In this document: positions 20,017-30,971 of the stretch, one piece after another | How the letters are laid out: every line of letters starts with the position of its first letter | Position numbering within the stretch: position 1 is the stretch's first letter | NCBI GenBank assembly: GCA_963517665.1 | Contig: CAUQFZ010000001.1 | Span: forward strand, 37,182-101,181 | Source of the DNA: an uncultured Candidatus Saccharibacteria bacterium | Lineage (GTDB): Bacteria; Patescibacteriota; Saccharimonadia; Saccharimonadales; Saccharimonadaceae | Direction: 5' to 3' | Length of the DNA: 64,000 nt | Program-made: the position numbers and the translations under genes | The notes under the pieces: model-generated | Databases searched by the model: none | The model's input: the letters and a program-made list of their open reading frames with translations, nothing else | Told to the model about the DNA's origin: nothing

Positions 20017-23000
20017 TTATATTTCCTCTGTCAGTAAGTCCTTTTCAAACTGTAGCATACCTTTGTAGTCTGCTGAATAGCCAGAAACGTCTGGTAGGTC
20101 CAGGGTGGTGATTTTCCGCCAGACGACACCGATGAGCCTGGTGAATTCAGCCAATTCCTCCTCAGAGAACGTATCCTCCAGGCTGAGGATATCGCCAGTT
20201 TTCATGTCTGGCTCGACGAATTGTAGTCGTCCACCAGTAAAAGTGAAATTGCTATAATCACGCGATGATGTAACTAGTAACTGATAAAACATCAGCTGCT
20301 GGCGGTATTTGTGGAGCTTGATTTTTTCATAGTCAGACGTCCCCTTCCAGGAGTGCGATGGCTTGCCAGTTTTATAGTCTGTGATGTAGATGGTCTTTGC
20401 TGTTTTGTCTATATCGACCAGGTCCAGCGAGCCTGTTAGATGCGCTTGACCGACGAAGGAATTTTGATTGGCAAAATTAAGTTCAGCCAGCTGCTGCTGG
20501 GTGAAGCTGCTTTGTTTGGCGTCCAGAAAAGCGGTCAGGACTGATTGCCCCTTTTCGGTGAATAGTTTGGTGTCATCTGGCGATAGGTGTTGTGCTGCCA
20601 AGGTTTGAGCATACAAGCGCATAATCTCTGAGCGTGGTGGCAGTGTCCCGTCCGCGACAAACATATCGTGCAGCTGCTGCAGACAGGCGTGAACCGCGGT
20701 TCCGTAGGCAGCTGATGGGCTTTTGGCTTGCGGAAAATGGAGCAAATTATTTAACAAAAATCCTTGAGGGCCGCCATGTGAGACGTCGAGGAAATTGTTC
20801 AGATGAGTGGCGGATAGTTTGTAGTGCTGTAAGATTGGCGCCAAGACTTCCTGTAGCACTCCGTTGTGCGGTTCAGTCAGCCTGGCACGCCAGTCGGTGA
20901 GCGGTGACTCGGTTGTATCAGCAGTCTCAGAGGTATCAATGGTCGACATATCTAGCTGTAGCGAGCTTAGGAAGCTGGCGATCAAGTTATCTTTACCACT
21001 GGTGTCCGTGAGACTGTGACTGAGGTGAAGGGTCTGTTTGGCGCGAGTCATGGCGACGAAAAACAGGCGTAAGCGCTCGTCATAATTGTTGCCTGCTGGT
21101 TGCAGCTGCAGGTTGGCTGGATAGCGGATGATCCGGCTGCGTGCACGGACTTTCTCGCCCCACATGTTGTCGGTCGCACCGATGATGAATACGTGTAGAA
21201 ATTCCAAGCCCTTTGATTTGTGGGCGGTCATGAGATTGATTGAGCCTGATTTGTGTTCGACGGCTGGCCTGATGCTGGTGAGGCGAGTCTTGGTCAAATG
21301 ATGGAGATCGATGAACTGGAGAAGCTGTGTCAAGGTTGGCGTTGCTTCGGTGTAGTGGTCGCGTAATTTCTGGCGCAAGGTGCGCAGCGCTTCTAGGGTG
21401 GTGAGGTAGGCTTCTGGGTCTGACTGTAATTTGTCTGGTGAAAAGTAGTAGGTGTAGAGGGAGCGGTTGGTGGCGGTTTCGGTGAGGCCTAGTAGCTCGT
21501 CAATGTGTTCTTCGAGCGTGAGATTGGGGACATTTTTGGCTTGTTCTAACAACCACTGAGCCAATGGTTCGAACGTTGCTTGAGCGAGCATGGCTTCGAG
21601 CCAGAACTGTCGGTTGCGCCAGGCTGCCAGGCTTAATTTCCAGATGTCCGTGGCGGCAAAGCCAAACGCTGGGTGCGCCAGTAACTCTGGTAGTAAGCTA
21701 TTGGTGGTGGTTAGGTCGTTGTTGTGGAGCGAGATGACGATGCGGGCTAGCAGTTCCAACGCTTTGATGCTGTCTAGCTCCAGGATGTCGTCATGGTGTT
21801 CGTAGTTGACGCTGATGTTGTTTTGATAGAGGTGAGGTAATAATTCAATCAGTTCATGATGTCGGCGAGATATGACGGTGATGTCTTCAGGTGGCGTGCC
21901 TGAGGTGATGAGATGTGCAATTTGCTTAGCAACACCTGCCCTTTCGTCTAGTGGTGTCATGAAACGACTGAGCTCGACGCTAGCGCCTGATGATGAAGCG
22001 TGGGCGGTGAGTTGTTTGGATAGGTCGGGGATGGTGTTTTCCAGGCGGTCACTGCCTTGGGTGATGACGCTGCGGGCGGTGGTGAGGATTTGCTCTGCCG
22101 AACGGTAGTTGTCGGTCAGGACGATGACGGTTGGGTCGTGATAGTGCTGACGGAAGCGCTGGATATTGCCAACATTAGCGCCCTGGAAGCTAAAAATAGC
22201 TTGGTCGTCGTCACCGACTGCCATGATGTTTGGCTCAGGCTCGTCGCCAGTCAGATTGAATAATAGCTGTAGCTGTGCCAAGTTGGTGTCCTGAAATTCG
22301 TCAACCATGATGAACTGGTATTGCTCTTGGAGGTTGGCGCGCAGATCTGGCTGGTGTTTGCAGGCATCTAGCACGTTCAAAATCATGTCATCATAGTCAA
22401 ACAATCCACGCTGTGCCAGTGCGCTGCGGTATTGGTCGTACACTGCAGTAACGGCACGCAGCTTGGCAATTGACTCGCTGTCCTTTAAGATAAATTCCCC
22501 TGCTGCATTCTTTTTGCACCACGCGTTTTTCCAGGCGGTGATGGGTTTGGTGCTGTCATTTTCCAAGGCTTCTTGCGCAGCGTTGGCCATGCTGAGTGCC
22601 AGAACATTAGCGTACGGCGTGATGGCTGCTGGCAGAGACTGTGGGGTGATGGTCGCTGCTATTTCTGCAACGTTGGCAAAGGCTGGGATGGTCGACTTTT
22701 TGATGGTGGTTTGGAAGAGCTGCGCGATGGCTTCAGCGATTTCTGTGATTGTTCGCTCCACGTCGTCCAGAATATGTTGTATTTCTTCAGAGGTCAGACC
22801 GTTGCTTTTGAATTCGGAAATGGTTTTGAGCGTTTCTTTCAGATAGATAAATTCGTCATTGTTTTTGACATTGAGCGGATTGTCCCAGCTCATGGCCTCA
22901 AAAATTTCTTGCAGAATCTGTTGCTGTGTCAGTTCGTCGGTTGGTTGCCGATCTGCACCGCGGAAGAAATATTGCCGGTTGGTGTTGATGATTTCTGAAC

Positions 23001-23280
23001 CAAAACTGTGAAACGTATGAATGGCGACTTTATAGGCATCTTCGCCGATGATTTGCTGCAATCGCTGGCGCATATTGACCGCACCCGAATCAGTAAAGGT
23101 CAGGCATAAAATATTGCTTGGCAAGGTGTCAGTTTGGCGCAATATGTGAGCAGCTCGCATGCTCAAGAGCTCGGTTTTGCCAGTGCCAGGACCCGCGATA
23201 ACCAACAGTGGCCCGTGAATTGTGTCAACGGCAGAACGTTGATTGGCATTGAGGTTGGCGTAGCGTGTAGAAAAATCCAT
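20017..23280 (-). CDS. UvrD/PcrA-family helicase fused to a C-terminal PD-(D/E)xK nuclease
   Basis: AGPGTGKT, VDEFQD, GDDDQAI, NYRS, TAHKSKGLEF, VAMTRAK; then LSAT..., GSLDLV, DYKTG, QLMFY; start after TATACT. Confidence 0.93.
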   Translation of the reverse strand: MDFSTRYANLNANQRSAVDTIHGPLLVIAGPGTGKTELLSMRAAHILRQTDTLPSNILCLTFTDSGAVNMRQRLQQIIGEDAYKVAIHTFHSFGSEIINTNRQYFFRGADRQPTDELTQQQILQEIFEAMSWDNPLNVKNNDEFIYLKETLKTISEFKSNGLTSEEIQHILDDVERTITEIAEAIAQLFQTTIKKSTIPAFANVAEIAATITPQSLPAAITPYANVLALSMANAAQEALENDSTKPITAWKNAWCKKNAAGEFILKDSESIAKLRAVTAVYDQYRSALAQRGLFDYDDMILNVLDACKHQPDLRANLQEQYQFIMVDEFQDTNLAQLQLLFNLTGDEPEPNIMAVGDDDQAIFSFQGANVGNIQRFRQHYHDPTVIVLTDNYRSAEQILTTARSVITQGSDRLENTIPDLSKQLTAHASSSGASVELSRFMTPLDERAGVAKQIAHLITSGTPPEDITVISRRHHELIELLPHLYQNNISVNYEHHDDILELDSIKALELLARIVISLHNNDLTTTNSLLPELLAHPAFGFAATDIWKLSLAAWRNRQFWLEAMLAQATFEPLAQWLLEQAKNVPNLTLEEHIDELLGLTETATNRSLYTYYFSPDKLQSDPEAYLTTLEALRTLRQKLRDHYTEATPTLTQLLQFIDLHHLTKTRLTSIRPAVEHKSGSINLMTAHKSKGLEFLHVFIIGATDNMWGEKVRARSRIIRYPANLQLQPAGNNYDERLRLFFVAMTRAKQTLHLSHSLTDTSGKDNLIASFLSSLQLDMSTIDTSETADTTESPLTDWRARLTEPHNGVLQEVLAPILQHYKLSATHLNNFLDVSHGGPQGFLLNNLLHFPQAKSPSAAYGTAVHACLQQLHDMFVADGTLPPRSEIMRLYAQTLAAQHLSPDDTKLFTEKGQSVLTAFLDAKQSSFTQQQLAELNFANQNSFVGQAHLTGSLDLVDIDKTAKTIYITDYKTGKPSHSWKGTSDYEKIKLHKYRQQLMFYQLLVTSSRDYSNFTFTGGRLQFVEPDMKTGDILSLEDTFSEEELAEFTRLIGVVWRKITTLDLPDVSGYSADYKGMLQFEKDLLTEEI

Positions 23281-23323
23281 ACTTACAGTATACGCGTGCG
23301 GTTGAAAATGGTAAAATAAAGCC

Positions 23324-23809
23324 ATGAAGCCTACAGTGACCGCGTCGGAGTTGGAAGCATTAATCAGCGAAGCCTTTGATGTTGATGTCTCAGTAAAGCG
23401 ATTTATCTTGCCGTTGGCTGATGTTGGCCGTACGGCTCAGGCGACGGTATTTATGGCATCGAACAACCGGTTATTGCTCTATTTGCGCGCGTCTTCCAAC
23501 ATGACGCTGGCGGATGTCAAGAAAATAGCAGTACGCATGGGGCTCAGGCTGGACGAGTTCTATCCGCCTAAATACCAACCGGATTATTTTAATATCCTTG
23601 GTCGCCAAAAATTTCAAGAAGTATTCCCTGGTATGACGGTGCAGTCCGAGGAAGACTTGATTTTTTACCGAACCTTGGCGCCATATAACCCTGCCCTGGC
23701 AGTGGTTTCAGAGATTAAAAATGGCGAAATCCATCAGTTTGATCCTGACGTTCACGGCGAATGGCGAGTGGGCGCACGGTTTGCCTACAGGAAGGTCCGC
23801 GCCAAGTAA
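23324..23809 (+). CDS. Hypothetical protein
   Basis: 161-aa ORF; TAAAAT 5 nt upstream; TAATG-coupled to the P-type ATPase. Confidence 0.75.
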   Translation: MKPTVTASELEALISEAFDVDVSVKRFILPLADVGRTAQATVFMASNNRLLLYLRASSNMTLADVKKIAVRMGLRLDEFYPPKYQPDYFNILGRQKFQEVFPGMTVQSEEDLIFYRTLAPYNPALAVVSEIKNGEIHQFDPDVHGEWRVGARFAYRKVRAK

Positions 23810-26130
23810 TGAACGGCTATTGGGAAATTATTCGTCGTAATTTGTTTTCGCCGATTGTTATTGCGATTTTCCTGCTGGCGGGTGCGTTGATTTATGCTCG
23901 GGAGTACCGCGATGCGTGGTTCATCTCAGTGGTGATTGTGGTAAATTCGTTGATTGGTATCATCCAGGAAATTCGCGCCAAACGGGCACTCAAGAAACTA
24001 GAGTTGATGAGTCAACCGCGGGCACGGCTGTTGTCGGCTGATGGTTCTGTGACGGAAGTGGCATATGATGCGTTGCAGGTCGGCGATAAGATTCAACTGA
24101 TCGCTGGTGATGAAGTGCCAGCAGACGTAGAGATGTTGGAGGTCAAAGGCTTGGAATTAAACGAAAGTATGTTGACTGGCGAATCAGCAGCCGTCGAAAA
24201 AAGCGTCGGCGACACGGCTTGGGCAGCAACGACTGTGTTGGCTGGGTCTGGCGAGGCTCGTGTTACGGCAGTTGGTGCGGACACAAAAGCCGGTGCCATT
24301 AGCCAAGTGCTGAAGCAGTACAAACCAGAATTGACTCCTTTGCAGCGAGCGATTCAGCGCGCTATTAGCTTTTTGACGTTTGGCGCATTTGAGCTGGCGG
24401 CGTTGATATTCATCGCCTATATGACGTCTGGTCAGGACTCGGTACAGATATTAAAAACCATTACTTCGGCGGCCGTGACGGTTGTACCAGAGGGGTTGCT
24501 GCTGGCAAGTTCATTGCTGCTAGCGTTCGGTTCGATCAAATTAGCACAAGCCAGAGTCTTGCCGCAAAAACTGTCAGCTATCGAAGCCATGGCACTGCTC
24601 AATTTGTTGTGTGTCGACAAAACCGGTACGCTTACTAGCGATGAAGTGACGTTGGAAAAAATCGTTGCTTTGGGTAGTGGCGATCAATCAGACGAAATGC
24701 TTTCAGGGATTGTTGCCTTGATCGCTGAGCAAACCAGTGGCGGTAACATCACTGGCCAAGCCATCTTGGAGGCAGCGACGCCGCTCAAGGACGCCAAGAT
24801 TATTGACGTTATGGCGTTCTCGTCTGCGCGCAAAATGGCGGGTTTGCGGTTTGAGTTTGAGGGTAGAACTCGCACGGTTGTCATGGGCGCACCAGAGTTT
24901 GTCACAGAGCTGGCTCCGGTTGATGAAATGGGCCAGCGTCAAATTAACGAATGGGCTGACGCGGGTCTGCGTGTGCTGCTGCTGGCTGAGTTTGATGATT
25001 CTCGGAGCGCTTTGAAAGATTTGCCTGCTGGGTCTGGACGTGCCATCGGTGTGGTGATTTTGCGTAATTCGCTGCGTGATGGTGTCCAGAAAACTGTTCA
25101 ATTTTTGCAAGATCAAGGCGTCAGTATCCGTGTGATATCTGGTGATAATCCACGGACGGTGCAGTTCATCGCCTCGGCGGCTGGCATCAATAATTCTGAC
25201 AAAGCCATCACTGGTGCGGCGCTGGCTGCTTTGAGTGACAAAGATTTTGTCAAGGCGGCCGACGAACACGTTATATTTGCTCGGGTGCATCCAGAGCAGA
25301 AGGAGCGGCTGATTGCGCATTACAAAAGCCAGGCCTTGTTCACGGGTATGGTCGGTGACGGTGTTAATGACGCATTGGCGCTGAAAAAAGCTGATCTTGG
25401 CGTGGCTATGCACGCGGGTGCACCAGCGTCGCGTCGTGTCTCAGACATTATTTTGTTGAACAATTCATTTACGTCTTTGCCGCTTGGTATGCGGCTGGGT
25501 AACCGAATCATGCAAGCAATTGAAGTCATCGCCACTCTGTTCTTCCACAAAATTACGTACGGTGTGGTGTTGCTGATTTGTACGCTGTCGCTGGGCATGG
25601 TCTATCCATATCAGCCGCGTCACATCACCTTTATGAATATTTTCCTAGTGACGCTGCCGACTTTGATGTGGACATTTTTTCCACCTGTACCGAACCATCG
25701 CATCAATCCTCGCCTGTTTTGGCGCCATACGCTGGTTAGCGTGATGCCCATCGCGCTGATCACGGGGTTGACAGTAGCCTTCACCTATTGGATTGGCTCT
25801 GCCATCTTCCCTGACCGTCCAGAGGAAGTTGCCACCATGACGGTGCTGACGGCAACATTCTATGGCGTCTACCTGGTATTTTTAGTTGGACCAATGCTGG
25901 GCGTTACTTTAACGCGCAACGCCAGAAAAGCGCGCTTGCTGTACATGTTGGCAGTGAGTGTTGTGGCGGCTGGTAGCTTTGGCATTGGCCCGCTTCGCCG
26001 ATTTTTCGACTTTACTAAGCCAGATATCATTGTGCTACTACCGGCGCTTGGCGTCATCGTCCTGGCGGCAACCTTACAGTGGTGGCTCGCACTGCGCGCT
26101 GGTGTGAAAGTCAGATCTTCGCAGTCTTAA
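23809..26130 (+). CDS. P-type cation-transporting ATPase (CtpE-like)
   Basis: LTGES, VPEGL, DKTGTLT, SGDN, GDGVND. Confidence 0.92.
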   Translation: MNGYWEIIRRNLFSPIVIAIFLLAGALIYAREYRDAWFISVVIVVNSLIGIIQEIRAKRALKKLELMSQPRARLLSADGSVTEVAYDALQVGDKIQLIAGDEVPADVEMLEVKGLELNESMLTGESAAVEKSVGDTAWAATTVLAGSGEARVTAVGADTKAGAISQVLKQYKPELTPLQRAIQRAISFLTFGAFELAALIFIAYMTSGQDSVQILKTITSAAVTVVPEGLLLASSLLLAFGSIKLAQARVLPQKLSAIEAMALLNLLCVDKTGTLTSDEVTLEKIVALGSGDQSDEMLSGIVALIAEQTSGGNITGQAILEAATPLKDAKIIDVMAFSSARKMAGLRFEFEGRTRTVVMGAPEFVTELAPVDEMGQRQINEWADAGLRVLLLAEFDDSRSALKDLPAGSGRAIGVVILRNSLRDGVQKTVQFLQDQGVSIRVISGDNPRTVQFIASAAGINNSDKAITGAALAALSDKDFVKAADEHVIFARVHPEQKERLIAHYKSQALFTGMVGDGVNDALALKKADLGVAMHAGAPASRRVSDIILLNNSFTSLPLGMRLGNRIMQAIEVIATLFFHKITYGVVLLICTLSLGMVYPYQPRHITFMNIFLVTLPTLMWTFFPPVPNHRINPRLFWRHTLVSVMPIALITGLTVAFTYWIGSAIFPDRPEEVATMTVLTATFYGVYLVFLVGPMLGVTLTRNARKARLLYMLAVSVVAAGSFGIGPLRRFFDFTKPDIIVLLPALGVIVLAATLQWWLALRAGVKVRSSQS

Positions 26131-27461
26131 TGCGACACTCTGTCTAAGACAACCAGATTCTCAATGTGTGGTGTGCGCGGGAAGAAATTATAGCCCTGAT
26201 GATGCACGATACGATATTTTTCACTGAGCAAAGCAACGTCTCGAGCTTGGGTAACGGGGTTGCAGCTCAGATAGACGATGCGCGGTGGCAATTTTTCTAA
26301 CAGGCGGCTAACAACGTCTGTGTGCAAACCAGCTCGTGGCGGATCGACGATGATGAGATTGTCAGGGTGAATATAATCAAGGGCTTGCTCACTGGCTGCC
26401 AAGACGGCTTTGGCATTGTTTTCGCGTCCCAAAGCGTGAATATTTCGCTGCATTTCTTTGACGGCATGTTCATTGATTTCCACCAATGTGACATGTTCTC
26501 CACCAATGGTGAGGCCGATGGTACCAACGCCCGAATACATGTCAACAGTTGCTAGAGCGTTGCTTGACCCCACTGGCGCGGTGCGAATCCACGCTGCCAT
26601 GTCGGTGAGCGCCTGTTCATATACTGGCAGGTTGACTTGGAAAAATCCTTCGGCAACATAGCGAAACGGAACGCCCAGCACTTCGTCAGCAAGAACGGTG
26701 CCGCCAAACGCTGCTAGCCGTTCGGTGATGACGCTGGCGGGGCTTTTGGGGTTAGAATAGATGATTTCTCCGCCTTGGGCTGACAGGTTAGCTGCTTCTT
26801 CGGCAGTGATGACATCTTCCAGGCGGTCTTTGAGGTATAATTGCCAAATGCACTTTCCTGACCGGCTGCATCTGATGAGTACTGTTTTGAGGTTACGTGC
26901 GGTGACTGGTTTGGTGCGCAGCAAGTCGCGAATTTCTAAGGCTAGCGTGTTGATCTCGGGACGAGCAAGCGAGGTACCGTCGACAGTGATTTTGCCCTTT
27001 GAGCCACGTCTGAAAAATGCCAAATCAAGGGTGTCGGCCTCCGACTCCGGGTCGGTGTCGCTGTACCAGCTGTATTCAACTTTGTTACGATACGCCAATT
27101 GCTGCTCGTCTGTATAGACTGTTGGTGTAGTCGGCAAGGTAACGTGATGTAGCCGAAAAGCCTCAGCAATCAACTGGGCCTTGTACTGCTGCTCTGCTGA
27201 AAAATTCATGATTTGCCAGGGGCTAGTGCTGAGATAGCTATCTGAATCAACTGGAGTGATTCGCTCAGAACTGGCGTGATGAACCTCGGTTACGACGCCT
27301 TCGACGAACTTTGATTTTTTCTTGGTCACCCTGATAGTCACTTGTTCGCCTGGCAGCCCACCCCATACAAATGCTTTGCGTCCATCCGCCAGCGTGCCAA
27401 TGGCTTGGCCGCCGCCAACGATGTTTTCCAGAGTTAACGTTGCAGTTTGCGCTTTCTTCAT
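26127..27461 (-). CDS. rlmD: TRAM-domain RNA m5U methyltransferase (RlmD/TrmA family)
   Basis: GGLPGE, YRNK, FFQVN, DMYSGVG, VDPPRAG, YLSCNP, FFPRTPHIE. Confidence 0.88.
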   Translation of the reverse strand: MKKAQTATLTLENIVGGGQAIGTLADGRKAFVWGGLPGEQVTIRVTKKKSKFVEGVVTEVHHASSERITPVDSDSYLSTSPWQIMNFSAEQQYKAQLIAEAFRLHHVTLPTTPTVYTDEQQLAYRNKVEYSWYSDTDPESEADTLDLAFFRRGSKGKITVDGTSLARPEINTLALEIRDLLRTKPVTARNLKTVLIRCSRSGKCIWQLYLKDRLEDVITAEEAANLSAQGGEIIYSNPKSPASVITERLAAFGGTVLADEVLGVPFRYVAEGFFQVNLPVYEQALTDMAAWIRTAPVGSSNALATVDMYSGVGTIGLTIGGEHVTLVEINEHAVKEMQRNIHALGRENNAKAVLAASEQALDYIHPDNLIIVDPPRAGLHTDVVSRLLEKLPPRIVYLSCNPVTQARDVALLSEKYRIVHHQGYNFFPRTPHIENLVVLDRVSH

Positions 27462-27513
27462 TGCCCTATTGTACCCCAAACAGACCGCATTTGGAAAATA
27501 GCCAAGTAGTAGC

Positions 27514-27975
27514 TTAGAAATCGCAATTCTCAGCCGCTGGCGCTGGTGTGCTCCACCACATCGCCAGGATGCCTTTTCCGACGCGACATCTGGTGCCGTT
27601 AGCTCGGTACATTAGTAACCCATAGCGATTATCGGGGCTTTTGTTGACGGTGTATTCGTAGTGTTTGCCGCGCCAGTCTGTCGGTAATTCTTTGAGGTAT
27701 TTTGGCACTAACAATGGATTGAGCTCGCCAGCGTCGCATGTGCGGTTGGTTGCCGAGCTGTATTTGCTGCAGGACGCAGGCCACGGGTATTCTCCGTTTT
27801 GGGTGTAATATTCTTCGACGGCGTTTTGGATGGTTAATAATTCAGTCTTGCTTTCATTGTTAATGGCGTCTTCGCGGGCAGTACGCCACGCCAAGCCACC
27901 GACGGTCATCAAGATAGCGAGGACTAAGACGACCACCAACACTTCTACAATTGTAAAACCATAGTGCTTATGCAT
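27514..27975 (-). CDS. Type IV pilin / GspG-like pseudopilin
   Basis: MHKHYG|FTIVEVLVVV class III signal; Y..NGEYP; LVPKYLKELPTD. Confidence 0.88.
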   Translation of the reverse strand: MHKHYGFTIVEVLVVVLVLAILMTVGGLAWRTAREDAINNESKTELLTIQNAVEEYYTQNGEYPWPASCSKYSSATNRTCDAGELNPLLVPKYLKELPTDWRGKHYEYTVNKSPDNRYGLLMYRANGTRCRVGKGILAMWWSTPAPAAENCDF

Positions 27976-28075
27976 AGTTTGATTATACGGCGGTGTTGGC
28001 AGATTGGCAAGCTTGGTATCTCTGCCCTGATGTGGTACAATATTAGACGTAGTTGCGCTCACGCGTTGCTCATAT

Positions 28076-28150
28076 TGGGCCGTCGCCAAGTGGTAAGGCA
28101 CCAGGTTTTGGTCCTGGCATTCGGGGGTTCGAATCCCTCCGGCCCAGCCA
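28076..28150 (+). tRNA. tRNA-Gln (TTG)
   Basis: TGGGCCG/CGGCCCA-G-CCA; anticodon arm CCAGG-TT-TTG-GT-CCTGG; GTTCGAATC. Confidence 0.97.
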
Positions 28151-28163
28151 AATAGAATTTTCT

Positions 28164-28201
28164 CTAAAGCCACCATTAGGTTATATGGTGGCTTTAGCTT
28201 T
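28164..28201 (+). terminator. tRNA terminator
   Basis: CTAAAGCCACCA-N10-TGGTGGCTTTAG-ctttt. Confidence 0.8.
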
Positions 28202-28398
28202 ATGATGAACATGGGTCTCTATATAAGGAAGGGCTCTTCTTCGCTGTTTTGGGCTGCAAGATACTCTAGTGTTTTGATCGCTAGTATCAGTAGTCGACTC
28301 TTGCATAGGGATATTGCTCGGTCTTATTTTATCTTGGTTATTGTCTATAGTGGTATCATATTATTCAATATTATTTGTCTACAATATATAATGTTTTT

Positions 28399-29985
28399 AT
28401 GATTAGCAAGATTAAACTGAAAAATTATAAAAAATATGACGAAGCTGAGTTTTGTTTCAATGCTGGGAGAAATATATTAGTTGGCGATAATAACTCTGGC
28501 AAGAGCTCACTGCTTCAAGCTATATCATTGGTATTAAACGGTAGCTATTCTCAAGTTGAAAATATAGGACTTATTAATTTGTTTAATAGTGATTCTGTGG
28601 ACATATTTTGTAAATTACCTGTCGTGGAAAGAACTATTGAAAAATTACCAGTGCTATATATAGAGCTATACTTTGACTCAACTAATGAAAAAATAAAAGA
28701 TAATTTTAATTTATATGGCAAGCATAATAGTGAAGAAAGATCGAGTTTTGGAGTAAGATTATTAGTTGAGCCGAACCTGGAAGAATATGAGAATATACTA
28801 TTGGCATTGTCAGACGAATCAATGACTTTTCCTTATGAGTATTATGGTGTAAAATTTCAATCATTTTGTGGTGCTGATTATAACAGCTATTCGAAGCCTC
28901 ATAAATTTAAATATCATTATCTAGACACTAGTCTTGTTGACACAAAAAAAGAAATCGATAAGCACATATCGATGATTTATGAAAAATCAATTGGTAAAGA
29001 TAATCAGGCTAAAATTAACCACAGTTTTAGACAGATGTCAGATGATTTTATAAAAGATATGATAAATCAAGGAATTTTACAACAAGATGAGGAATATAAA
29101 TTGCTAGTTAACAACAATAGCAATACCTCTTTCAAAGACAAAGCTACAGTTAAAAATAGCGGCGTGGATATAAGAAACTTTGGTCAGGGCGAAAAAGTTT
29201 TATTAAGTGTTCGTAATATGTATAGCGCTGTAGATGAAAAGGTTGGCGTTGTTTTAATAGAAGAACCTGAGAATCATTTAAGTTTTTTGAAAATGCACAC
29301 TTTATTAGATTATATAAATAGAAACAACGAAACACAGCTATTTATCAGTACTCACTCAAATATGATAGCTTCAAGATTAGGTTTGGATAATTGCACCATA
29401 CTACACGGTAAAAAACAGTTAAAGCTAGACAAGCTCGACAAGGAAACTGTTAAATTCTTCAATAAAACATCCAACCAAAATATCTTAAACTTTATATTAA
29501 GCAATAGGTCTATTTTGGTTGAGGGCGATTCTGAGTATATACTGCTCGAGAAAATGTACGAGATTGTAAACAGTTCTAACCCATCTCAAGACGAGGTTAT
29601 GGTCGTCTCAGTTAACGGCCTAAGTTTTAAAAGATACTTAAACGTTGCTAAAGAGCTTAATAAGAAAGTAGTTGTCATAACCGATAATGATGGTGATTAT
29701 CAAAAGAATGTAGTAGAAAGATACCAAGAATATGAAGATTGCAAAGAAATAAAAGTATTATCTCAAGATGATAGCAGTATGTATACTTTTGAAGTTTCAT
29801 TATTCAACCAAAATCAAGATTGGATAAAATTAAAGAGAATTACCAAATCTCCAAATATTCAGGACTGGATGCTTAATAATAAAAGTGAAAGTGCAATTAG
29901 AATTTTAGAAAAATTAGAAGACAATACGGATGGTTTTAAAGTGCCAGACTATATTAGGCAGGCGGTGGAATGGATAAAAAACTAA
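28399..29985 (+). CDS. gajA: OLD-family ATPase-TOPRIM nuclease, Gabija A-like
   Basis: GDNNSGKS, GQGE, IEEPENH, STHS, LVEGDSE, TDND; AT-rich. Confidence 0.85.
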   Translation: MISKIKLKNYKKYDEAEFCFNAGRNILVGDNNSGKSSLLQAISLVLNGSYSQVENIGLINLFNSDSVDIFCKLPVVERTIEKLPVLYIELYFDSTNEKIKDNFNLYGKHNSEERSSFGVRLLVEPNLEEYENILLALSDESMTFPYEYYGVKFQSFCGADYNSYSKPHKFKYHYLDTSLVDTKKEIDKHISMIYEKSIGKDNQAKINHSFRQMSDDFIKDMINQGILQQDEEYKLLVNNNSNTSFKDKATVKNSGVDIRNFGQGEKVLLSVRNMYSAVDEKVGVVLIEEPENHLSFLKMHTLLDYINRNNETQLFISTHSNMIASRLGLDNCTILHGKKQLKLDKLDKETVKFFNKTSNQNILNFILSNRSILVEGDSEYILLEKMYEIVNSSNPSQDEVMVVSVNGLSFKRYLNVAKELNKKVVVITDNDGDYQKNVVERYQEYEDCKEIKVLSQDDSSMYTFEVSLFNQNQDWIKLKRITKSPNIQDWMLNNKSESAIRILEKLEDNTDGFKVPDYIRQAVEWIKN

Positions 29986-30971
29986 TACATGCTGTTGCTG
30001 GCAGTGGAAAAACAAGAAAGATTATAGATGACTTAGATACTTCAAGAAGAGCTCTGATTATTACTTACACTATTAAAAACCAAGAAGAGATAAGAAATAG
30101 GGTTTATGAAAAGTTTGATATGATCCCCGAAAATGTACATATTTTTGGATTATTTCAGTTTTTATTTAACTTTTGCATTAAGCCAACTGCAAAATTCCCT
30201 AAAGTGAAGAGCTTTATATTAAGTAATGAGAATCATTACGGTAAGTACGTATCTGGCGATGTATTTTTTAGTAATATGCTTAGCAAATGGATTTTAGACA
30301 ATTATAGTGAAGAGGGTATAGCCCAAAGACTAGAGATGTTCTTTGATGCTTTATATGTTGATGAATTTCAAGATTTAACAAGCTATGACTTTGATTTGAT
30401 GCTCAAGTTGGGTATGTTTAGTATGAACATGAAAACTTGGCTCTTGGGTGATTTCTATCAAAAAACTTACAACTCTTCAAATAATGGAAATAAAGGGGTT
30501 GGGGTACATAAATATTATGCTCAATGGGTAAGGGCGGTAAATAAGTCGGGATATTTAATAGATAATAAATCACTCGTTAAATCTAATAGATGCCCTAAGG
30601 CTGTTTGCAATTTCGTAAAAGATAAATTGGGCATTGCTATAGAATCCTCCCTCCCCTATGAAGGAGTAATTGAATTTATCGAAGATAAAAACAAAATAGA
30701 CGATTTAATGAAAGATAATGACATCAAGAAGCTGTTTTATCGAAAATATTATGATTATGATTGCAATTCTTTAAATTGGGGTGAGAGTAAAGGCAGGGAG
30801 TTTGATAGAGTGTGCGTGGTTTTAAATAAAAATATGTGCAATATTTTTGATAGTGGTAATTTCAGCAAGCTTGCATCCGCTACCAAGAGTAAGTTTTATG
30901 TGGCGTGTACTAGAGCTAAAAAGGAGCTATATTTTGTAAGGGAGTCCGATGTTATCAATTATAAGATTTAG
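29970..30971 (+). CDS. gajB: Short UvrD-like helicase, Gabija B-like
   Basis: AVAGSGKT, VDEFQD, GDFYQ, SNRCP, ESKGREF, YVACTRAK; overlaps gajA. Confidence 0.85.
   Translation: MDKKLIHAVAGSGKTRKIIDDLDTSRRALIITYTIKNQEEIRNRVYEKFDMIPENVHIFGLFQFLFNFCIKPTAKFPKVKSFILSNENHYGKYVSGDVFFSNMLSKWILDNYSEEGIAQRLEMFFDALYVDEFQDLTSYDFDLMLKLGMFSMNMKTWLLGDFYQKTYNSSNNGNKGVGVHKYYAQWVRAVNKSGYLIDNKSLVKSNRCPKAVCNFVKDKLGIAIESSLPYEGVIEFIEDKNKIDDLMKDNDIKKLFYRKYYDYDCNSLNWGESKGREFDRVCVVLNKNMCNIFDSGNFSKLASATKSKFYVACTRAKKELYFVRESDVINYKI

Noticed and set aside
26550..26590. Possible small insert in rlmD (TAPVGSSNA)
   Set aside because: Naturally variable linker with no hairpin evidence
27976..28212. N-terminal extension of the pilin ORF
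   Set aside because: Antisense to tRNA-Gln; the real start is MHKHYG after TATAAT
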